Assembly (NCBI GenBank): GCA_051362555.1
Contig: CM120640.1
Span: forward strand, 51,128,788 to 51,192,787
Length of the DNA: 64,000 bases
Direction of reading: 5' to 3'
Origin: Lingula anatina
Taxonomy: Eukaryota; Animalia; Brachiopoda
Of the stretch, positions 40,501 through 50,528 are shown one piece after another. Every line of letters starts with the position of its first letter. Position 1 is the first letter of the stretch. The position numbers and the translations under genes are program-made. Below the pieces are notes generated by a model. That model was not told the origin of the DNA. It did no database searches and was given only the letters and a program-made list of their open reading frames with translations.

Positions 40501-43500
40501 AGAAAGGTCAACAAGGTATACAGGGAGTATCTGGATTGGCAGGCCCAACAGGTGCAACGGGACCTCAAGGTCAGAAAGGCCAAAAGGGTATACAGGGTGT
40601 ATCTGGAATAGCAGGACCAACCGGAGCAACTGGTCCTCAAGGTCAGAAGGGTCAGCAAGGTGCTCAAGGTACTTCTGGGGCAGTTGGAGCGAAAGGTCAG
40701 AAGGGACAACAGGGTGCATTTGGACCCCAAGGCCAGACAGGAGCAACAGGCCCTGCGGGACTGCAAGGCGTGTCCGGTGCTGCAGGACCAACTGGATCAA
40801 CAGGTCCAACTGGGAGCCAGGGCCCTGTTGGGGCAACTGGCCCACAAGGTAAATGCCCTTTCTTTGAATTATATATTACTGTTAAAAGAAATGATTGAAT
40901 GATCCATAAAATAATGATTGATATTATTCTTACTGCTGTAATATGTTATGAAATTTGAAAAAGATATTAAGAAAATAAAACGCTGGTTTCTGTCTTAAGG
41001 TGTTCAAGGTCAGAAGGGCCAGAAAGGAGTGCAAGGTGTATCTGGAATAGCTGGACCTACCGGAGCTCAGGGCCCACAAGGTTTTACTGGCCAGAAGGGT
41101 ACAAAGGGTGACACTGGTGCAACTGGTGCTCAGGGTACATCCGGTAGTATTGGTCCCACAGGAGCAACAGGCCCAGCTGGTGCAAGAGGTGAAACAGGAG
41201 TTAAAGGCGAAAAAGGTATGTTTGCATCCTTGGATGCTATTTATGTGTATTTATATAAAATTATGCGTTTCCTATTACTGAAACTGCTTTGTTCAAAGGA
41301 TAAATTTCTTGGACCAACATAAGCAGTTTGTCAAACCTTTCTGAACTGTCTTGAAGGAACATGATTTTCTTTTGAAATGTAGACAAACTTTCTTTCCATT
41401 TTTTTTCATGATGCCTTTTTGTACATTTTATACGACTCGAATATTTATTTGAATTTCACTATGTTATCTTTTATTCTATTCCAGGATCGGTTGGTGCAAG
41501 TGGGCCCCAGGGTGTGACAGGAGCAACCGGAATTACTGGAACGAAGGGCCAAAAGGGTCAGCAAGGTGTGTCAGGCCAGATCGGTCTTCAGGGTTCAAAG
41601 GGTACTAAGGGAGATCAAGGAATCCAGGGTGTATCAGGTGCAAGAGGTGCAAATGGACTTAACGGTGAAAAGGGTCAAAAAGGAACAGTTGGAGCGACAG
41701 GGGCAACGGGAGTAAATGGTGCCCAGGGACCAAAAGGAAATCAAGGAGACAGTGGCGCAATTGGACCACAAGGTAAGTTTCGTATTTTATTGCCATTATA
41801 TAAAACTTAGGATGCACATACTCAATTTTATTGCTTTGTTAACTCGTTTAATGATGGCTAGTCATCTCATATTTATTTAAGCTAGTCATCTCAAGTTCAT
41901 TAAAGCTACTCTGGTCACTTAAAAAGTAAATCGCAAAAACATTGCACAGTGCGCTTACTCCGATTTCAAAGAATTACATAATATAAATTGTCCCCTTGTA
42001 AACGTTCGCATTTTGCCAATTTCAATTTTTTAAACCAAAATTTAACGTTATCTTGAAGGACCTACTGGTGCGAAAGGAGAAGTTGGAGCCCAGGGAATTC
42101 AAGGCATTAAAGGTGAAAAGGGTATTCAGGGTAACTCTGGAGCCGTAGGACAAAAGGGGTCAGTGGGTGCAGTTGGACCAACAGGTGCCAAGGGAGAAGT
42201 GGGTGCAGTAGGAGCCACAGGCCAAAAAGGTTCAATTGGTGCATCTGGTCCAACAGGTGTCCAAGGTCTAAATGGTCCTACAGGAGCCACTGGTCCAACG
42301 GGTGCTCAGGGAGCCTCTGGAGCAATAGGTCAAAAAGGTAACAATGACATTCCTCTTGGCTCTGAGATATCTACTTGTATGCAATGTAGTCTCATGTGAA
42401 AAGCTGTCTGCTGTAGGTAGTTTCTTAATGATTTATATATCCTTCAAATCTTTTAACTAAAGCCTAACTAACCTTGTCTTTATTGCACAGGTGAACAAGG
42501 AATACAAGGTCCTGTGGGTGCTAAAGGAAATCAAGGAGCCTCTGGAGCAGTTGGCCAGAAGGGAGAACGTGGTTTACAAGGTTTACCTGGTAATACAGGA
42601 CAAGTTGGTCCCACAGGACAGCAAGGTCCATCTGGTGCTGCTGGTGCCAATGGTTTACAGGGTCCTAAGGGATCAGTAGGATCAACAGGTCCAACAGGAC
42701 AGGTAGGTGCCAAAGGTGCACAGGGCCAAAAAGGTGAGGTCGGTTCATCCGGCGCCGTAGGACAGAAGGGAGAACAGGGTGTTGTAGGACCTACCGGCGC
42801 TCAGGGTCTCCAGGGAATAAAAGGACAAAAGGGTGTGAATGGTGTTCTTGGTCCACAAGGCCCAACAGGTCAGAAAGGTCAGCAGGGTGCGTCTGGAATA
42901 GCAGGACCTACTGGTCTCACAGGAGGTATTGGTCCTGTTGGCCCAACCGGTAGCACTGGCCCCCAAGGATTACAGGGGGTAGTTGGAACAAAAGGACAAA
43001 AAGGCGATCAGGGTGTTCAAGGACAACAAGGACCAATGGGTGCGCAAGGTCCCCCCGGTGTCACAGGTTTACAGGGAACTCCAGGTGTGCAGGGTATTAA
43101 GGGAGAGCGAGGAGCCCCTGGAATGAATGGTAAGTTGACTGTTAGTTTTAACAATCTTTACCAAATTGATTACACAATCATATATATTAAGCTATCTGGT
43201 ATGGAGGCCCATAGTATAAATACACGTATGAGTTCGTTTTTAGGATGGATTAAGACATTTTCTTTCTTTCTTTTTTTTTTTTTTTTTTTTTGACGTTTTG
43301 TTGCAAAACATCAATGTAAGGTTTTTGAAATGTTCGTGGTGCTCAATATGGTCTTGATATTGTACATATGTGACTACTGAAGTTCTTCTTCTCTTTTTAA
43401 GATCACCAATTCAAGTGAACAATGTATGATATTTAGCATTTCTTCATATCACCATAACACAAACGGCTCATTATTGATAGCATGTAACACTTTGTGCATA

Positions 43501-46500
43501 TGTGTCATTACAGATACAGATGAGTGTGCAACTAATAACGGAGGCTGCGGAGATATCTGCATCAACACGATTGGGTCCTACTATTGTACATGCAGCGAAG
43601 GGTACCATTTGGCCCGAGCTAATGTTTCGGTCTACACCAATAGAGTACCCAGATCTCAGTGCCCAGCGGATATGGCGGGGAAAAGGAAAAAGAGACAAAG
43701 TAATATTTATATATAATTTAAAATGTAGTAAAATAAATATGTTATTTAAAAAGAATAAACTGTTGGTAACGGTTCTGCACGACGTATATTTTCTGTAAAA
43801 TTACACTGTTAGATACAAACCTTGTGTATTTTATTTCATGGTATATTTATCGGTGAAATAAAAATTACATAATTTGACAGAATCCATCAATTAAATCTAA
43901 TTTTTTTTTTATTACAGCATCTTCAACACTTCTTGATGCTATTGGCACTGATTACATGGTGATGTTCACAGAAAATCGAGTGCAAGACGGTCCAGGTCCT
44001 AACCCATTTTTTGAATGTTTCATCACTCCTGGGAGGGACACGATCACAGTAGCCTCTCTAAACATTACCTATTACAATACTAACGGAGATTTAGTGAGAT
44101 TGCCAAGGATGGTGCTTGGTGGTCAGGTATTGAAAGAAACTCTTGATGAGCCGACCCTGGTACTGAGAGGAAGCGTCAAGGAAAGAAAGGGTGTTAGAAT
44201 TCAGTCGAGTGAGGATGTGGTGGTCTATTGTCTAAACAAAAATAGCTTTTCAACAGACGGCTATTTGGCTCTTCCGAAGGATGCTCTAGGCAATAGATAC
44301 TATACTGTCTCTTACTCTCCTCCTAGATTCCAAACTGAATTAGGTATTGCAGCCACAGAAGACAACACTCTTGTAACCGTTACACTCCCTCGTAAGTTCA
44401 ACGCTAGCGAGCCCGATTTGCAGGTTACTTACAACGGCCAAACGTATCGTAACAACGACGTTATATCAGAAACTCTCCAAATGTACGAGGTCCTTCAACT
44501 ACAAAGCGATGGGGGCACACCAGGTGATTTGACCGGTGCACTGGTTGTGTCAAGTAAAACTGTTGCTGTCTTCAGTGGTAATGTCAGAACCAATATCCTC
44601 GGTTTGACACCAGGCAACACTCCTTCACGTGACCATTTAGTAGAACAGATGATCCCTGTGACATCTTGGGGCAGAGACTATGGTACGGTACCCATTCCAG
44701 ACCGAACAATTGGTGACTTCTTCAGGATCGTTGCCGCCGAGGACAACACGGTGATTACACGTATTTCAAGCAACGGCGAGACAAAAACTTACACCATCCC
44801 ATTCGCTGGCGGTTATACCCAGGATGAATTTTCTTCCGGTGTATACTACCGTGTGTATGCAAACAAACCAATCCTCCTCCAACAAATGGTGAAGAGTCAG
44901 ACAAGCAGTGCAGAACTTGCTGATCCATCCATGATCACCGTAGTGTCGGTCGAGCAGTACAGCAACGACTATCACTTCCTGCTCCCAACATCAGTATCAG
45001 GATCCTATACGCATCATTTAATGATAATTATGAAGTCCCAGTTCACTTCTACGCTACGATTAGACGGAGCCGCTCTGAGTCTAACATGGAACCCGATCCC
45101 CAATAATCCGAACTCCCCACAAAATGACGGTTTGGTTGGGGCCCACGTCACGGTGACCGGAGAGAGCCAAAGCCATGTTATCAGAAGCACAGACTCTAAT
45201 GTTAACTTCATGGTGATCATGTACGGCAATGGAGACAGGGATTCGTATGGTCTACCGATTGGGATGAAACTTTTACTTCTGAACCCGGTAAGTACTTGAA
45301 AGCGCATAAAAGCGAATGGGTGAAATGGATGTAGAGCTACTTCGAATGCTCTATTTAAATGTCGTGCATGTCCTCTTTTTTTTAATGATACTTAAATTTA
45401 GTGCCTTGTTTGGTTATACTTTTTTTAAATTTAATTTAAATTAGAAATATTTCGATATATCATTTTAAAAGATTTAATATAAATATATATTTAAAAGATG
45501 TCTTTTAGTTACCCGACAAGCTCTGTTGAAAAATCTAACGAATGTATCTTTTCTTTTCTTTTGCAGCCGGTGCAATCAGAAAGTGAGTTTTTTTTTAATT
45601 ATAATATTACAATAAAGCAAATTTATGTAATTATTCAGTATCGATCTAGCATTCCCATTTTTATTTTACTTGGCTAGTTTAGTTGTCCTTGTTGAAACGA
45701 TTAACACGTGTGTCTTTATATACACGTATTACTCCATTTCAGTTTGTAACACTGATGCTGCTGGTACTTGTTGTACATGTCACGTTGGAAACAATGTCTA
45801 CCTTCCCTACGAGGGCGCTGCGCAGGCCTCTTGTTGTTTACGTGAGTACAAATATCCTTCATTTTAAATATCCTTCATTTTAATTTTAACTTAAAAGTTT
45901 TAATGATGGGTCCCATTTATTCACACACACGCACGAACACATTGACACGGATATACATGTATATATTACTTAAAATGATTATTTGATCTTTTAAAGATTG
46001 AAATACTCGTATCACTTTTCCAGTGGAAAATATCCGTTGTTACTATCCATGTTGTGGGCGAAAATACTGTGACTGTTTGGTGAATGGCGTCTACATCCCA
46101 TTAAACGAGACCTTCTGTGAAAGTAAGTACAGTACAAGTGCACTTAATTTCACCTTATTTACGGTCATTTCAAAACATAGCTTCTTGCTGTGTGAAATAA
46201 TTTGAATCGACGTACAATATTTCAAAAAATTGGTGAATGTTTGGAATTGTAAATTCAGATTATTGGAAAGAATTATTTCATCATTTTACCGCTTTTCACT
46301 TTCGAATTTTTTTTCAAAACAGACACGAATGAATGCCAGATTGATAACGGACAATGCGAACACACTTGTACTGATACAGTATTTGGCCTCGGCCAGAACA
46401 ACGGTGGATACAACTGCAGTTGCTTCCCTGGGTATCAGTTATCACTGGACTTCCACGAGTGTATAGGTAAGGTACCCGATCAACTACATGTAGCTTTTAG

Positions 46501-47442
46501 TGTAAACATGAAAATACGTTCATAAGATAATGTGAACGACCATCATCAATGCACACCGCAATTTCAGGTTATTTTTGCTTGTAGTGCTTATGCCGTTTGT
46601 GTTTCTTTTTTTATTTTCCACGTTTTATTCCCCTTTTGTAAATGCCTGGTCATGCGACTGGCACTGTATTGCTTCTTTAACTATTCCTCTAAATATTCTC
46701 ACTTTTGTAGATATAAACGAGTGCTCAGGGACATCTCCATGCCCAGCTGGCAATACCTGTGTCAATACTGTGGGATCGTTTTACTGCGTCGGGTCTAGCG
46801 TGGTAGCAGCTGGAAGTAAGTAGAGTGTATACTCACAGTTTTTAGACTATTAAAATATTCCATTGGTAAATATGTAAAAGTAAGACATGATCGTATTTCT
46901 GTATCTTTTCTCATATTGTTTCTTTTGTGAAAAAATACATTTGTTATCTCATTTTTTTTCATGGCCAGCAGCGTTCATTTATTTATTTTTCATTTTATTT
47001 CAGTTTTGTCAACATTGGTTATCTCTAACCATTTGTTTGTTTTTTATCTTTAGGTAGTGCTCAGAGTGGAATGCCGGCTGTAGTCTCCGGAATGTCTGTC
47101 AGTACCATTACAACGGCTCTTACAGGCATCACAATATGGGCGGCCGTCATTACCATTGTGGTAGCCATAGTAATAGCTGTTGGGTTCCGAAAGTGGCGTA
47201 AGGCGCAGTGCAAGTCTGATACGGAGAGCATCTCAGACAAGTCTTCAATTGTGGACAGTCCCTTAAATTTCCATGCCTTTAGGCCTAAAGGTGGTAAAGA
47301 AAACCCCGCCTTTGCAGAGGACACTGAAGATGCCGTAGCTCCCACGTCAGAACAGGAAGAGGTCGGCGAATGGGATTCTTCTCACGATCCTGAAGAACTT
47401 TCTACGCCGAGAGAGGAGGATCCTGTTGCCACGAGATTATAA
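34101..47442 (+). CDS. Gene B: IgGFcBD-collagen-EGF-IgGFcBD-Cys-rich-EGF-TM membrane collagen, ~3009 aa, 20 coding exons
   Basis: Exons 34101-34227, 34406-34447, 34733-36057, 36307-36322, 36482-38650, 38896-39192, 39377-40024, 40273-40848, 41000-41215, 41485-41772, 42059-42337, 42491-43129, 43514-43699, 43918-45287, 45567-45582, 45743-45841, 46024-46122, 46323-46466, 46711-46815, 47054-47442. Total 9030 nt, in frame, all GT-AG. Starts gccATG with signal peptide [20 protein letters not shown]. Confidence 0.9.
34492..34572. repeat. Compound (CT)n/(CA)n microsatellite (gene B intron)
   Basis: Direct observation. Confidence 0.95.
34733..36057 (+). CDS. Gene B exon: first IgGFc-binding N-terminal domain
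   Basis: ORF 34771-36084: [67 protein letters not shown]. Confidence 0.9.
36482..43129 (+). CDS. Gene B collagen triple-helix region (8 exons, 568 Gly-X-Y triplets)
   Basis: Exons of 2169, 297, 648, 576, 216, 288, 279 and 639 nt are all multiples of 9 and phase 1 within Gly codons; total 5112 nt. Confidence 0.95.
40281..40640 (+). repeat. Five tandem 72-nt (24-aa) coding repeats within gene B collagen
   Basis: Unit GQKGxxGIQG(V/I)[13 protein letters not shown] repeated 5 times plus a partial sixth in ORF 40257-40898. Confidence 0.85.
43918..45287 (+). CDS. Gene B exon: second IgGFc-binding N-terminal domain
   Basis: ORF 43956-45299: [61 protein letters not shown]. Confidence 0.9.
47054..47442 (+). 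CDS. Gene B terminal exon: transmembrane helix and cytoplasmic tail
   Basis: [20 protein letters not shown] followed by RKWRK; acidic tail ending ...DPVATRL*. Confidence 0.88.
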
Positions 47443-48214
47443 TTACACGATTATTTTGCCAGAACGATTGCAGTGATCTTTTTAATGTCTAACTGTCATG
47501 TTGTACAAAGATTCCGTTCTTTTATTTTAATGGCTTTTTATCTATGTAATCTTTTCCGCCGTATACATTCCAGTTTTCACTTATAACAATATTTATATCT
47601 AAAAACACGTTTTTAAGCCCTTTCAAGGCTTACCACGCAAGTGGTATGTATTTCTCGTGTTGATTGTTTTTTAGATGATCACCAGAACGTGTGTACATTA
47701 TATATATATATGTATTATAAGAATGAATACGTCTGTCGTAGACTTCTTCAAATGAAATATCGATATGCAAGTAGTAGAAATCTCGTCCGAAATTATGGAC
47801 TTTTTTAGGTCACATGCACACGGTCTATTTTATTTTGAGTTTTTCATTGTACCAAGTACATAGGAGAGTTTAATTCAGAAAAGATGAGATGGTTACTTGG
47901 TTTTAGATATATATCATGCTGGTTGTGAAGCAAAACCCTTTATCACTAACACTACATTTAAACAACGAAGCAAATACAAACAAATGCAAACTTTTATATC
48001 AGCTTTAAGTAGTTTATAGTCTAGGTTTTGAAGAGATATGCATAATAAGCTTATTAAAATGTCGAGTATCAGCAGCAGTACAAGCACAGACATTTGAAAG
48101 GAAGAGATTACTGACACGGTGTCATTGGTTAAACAGAGGGTAATTTTACATTTCTTCTGTGTAGGACCCCCTTGCATTTTAACAGTATTCCGTAAAACTA
48201 TGCATTAACTTGTG

Positions 48215-48220
48215 AATAAA
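48215..48220 (+). terminator. Candidate polyadenylation signal for gene B
   Basis: AATAAA ~770 nt after the stop, followed by a GT/T-rich tract (48254-48290). Confidence 0.35.
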
Positions 48221-49489
48221 ACCATTCCATTTCTTAAATAAACTTGAAGTACCGTGTTATTTATTTATTTATTTTTTCATTTTATTTTCATCCATTTGTT
48301 TTATTTCTATGATTTTGTATGTAAGGGCTGTGTACATATGAAAGAATATCATCGGCCGATTTATTTAAAACACTGAGTGAAAACAATGAAATTAATTAAT
48401 AGCACTTATATGGGCTTTAAAGGCTGTACCGACGAAAACAAAACATGCGCTCATCGTCAACGTACTGGAACTTGGTGTAATTGGCCTGATACGCCCGTGA
48501 CCATTGATCCCATTGTGATAGATTGAAGGATACAATATCGGTTGCTAACTTAGTAAGTTGATGAATTTGAAAACCATATATAGAGAATGAATTTATAATG
48601 ATATACTGGGTTACCATAATACAAATGTGGAAAAGTCCTTTCATTCTGATTCAATATTTTAGATTAATTATGCACTATGTATTACTATGCTGTAACTAAT
48701 GCACATGATAGTCTTTGAAAACATGGAGTAAAAAGTAATTACAGAATGCACTGAAGAAAAAGGTGGTCCTCAAACTAAGTTTACCTACCCTTAACGATCG
48801 TGGCTACATTTCCTTAAACTTATTCAAATGGAAATTAGATTTCTACACAAAATTTGAGAAGTCCATTGGTACTAGCATACTGGTACATGCATGTACAGTG
48901 ACTAATATATAGCACAGGGTAAATACCTGTCGGCTCAAGCCGTAATGGACTTTTTCGTAGTGGAAGGAATAAAAAGGTCATTAAAAATTAGATATTTTAA
49001 ACGGTTGAAGTAGATGGTGCCAGAGTTGTCGAAGACAGTTTGTTTTAGCGTGAGGTTAAGCTAACCGTAAGTAATATTCCAAATTAGATCAAAATCAGTT
49101 TAGTATTCATAAAAGTTCCCAAAATTGACCTTGTATACAATACTATAAGCAACGCTTATAGACAAAGATAAATAACGTATTAAAAATGAATTACCAATAT
49201 TGATATCTATTTCAATATCCACTCTGGTAATTGTACTTTGGAATTACAAAGACAGCTCTAAGCAGTATGAAGACACATCAACTAAACCAAGACAACAATG
49301 AACTGTGAACTCTCCGATTTTTCACTATAAAATGGGCACGTGTAGCTTTTGACCAACTGATCATTTTCTATTCATTTATTCATATTCACTCACATTTTAG
49401 ATCGCGATCGCCCGTCTAGACCTCTTAAAGATTGGGTCTGGCTGTAGAACGTGATAAAAACAGCAAAGGACGTATTGAGCAAATCAGCT

Positions 49490-49495
49490 TTTATT
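49490..49495 (-). terminator. Candidate polyadenylation signal for gene C
   Basis: TTTATT on + (AATAAA on -) about 1 kb downstream of the gene C stop. Confidence 0.3.
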
Positions 49496-50528
49496 TACAA
49501 TATTCATTAGAATGTACAAAAATCATCATATAACTTGCATCTATGATTCCATCACAATTATATACAATCATGCGATATAATTACAATGTGAGCACCTTCC
49601 CGAGGTAGAGGTATATCGCCCTCATGTGAGACATACCAGAAAACAATGAGATAATTGCGACTTACAGGGTACACATATACATTAATAGGATCGGCCTAAC
49701 AGAAGCTTAACTATTTGCGTAGTTATTTATATAATATAATGATTACATTGATACGACTTCCACATCAATGTGAAATTAAATGATATTTGAGGTCATCCGC
49801 ACATTTCAATGGAATATTAATATGTCCAGAATGGCAATGGTGTAATTAATACCTGGGCAATATCTTCTTGTATGTTACAACAGTAAAAGAAATGACTTCG
49901 ATGTGTACCATTTCATCGTGTGTTCAAATGTATGATACATGATATATGATATAGCTGTAAAGAGGCTAAATGATTACTGGCAAGTTATATTTAAACAATA
50001 TCATTGGACCAAGTATTAGAATGTGTAGTCTAAAACTAAAAAATACTATTCTATCATGAGCTTCCATCTATCTTCCCAAGTCTAACCCCCTTTCTCAATG
50101 GATGGTGTATGTACAAGCTTCGGGCAAGCGACCAACCATTTCTGATATTGTCGACATAAAAAAATTAAAATTAGATCCATTGATACATGTGATAAAAACG
50201 GCAGATGACGGAAGACATCTTTAATTAAGAACTTAAAATCATTCAACAATATCTAAATTGAAAAAAGAATAAAACAATCATAATTTGGTTAACTAGCTGA
50301 TGATGATATAAGGATTGTCATACGGACAAGAACGTATTATGAAGAAAGAGCTTATCCATTTCAAAGCTTGATAATAAAATACCTCATGTTTTCAAATTAA
50401 GAACTAAAACCTAGGGCTTCTTACATAACATTTTTAAATATTTTACATATTTTACAAAAATATATTGTGATGAAATCGAATTCATTCTCCACGAAATCTT
50501 TTCTGAATTTTTAGTCCTGACAACTTTT

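Noticed and set aside
43402-43423. Possible micro-exon in gene B equivalent to A's GVT exon
   Set aside because: There is a pyrimidine tract and AG, but the reading hits TGA or ends in the wrong phase; the direct 43129-43514 splice works.
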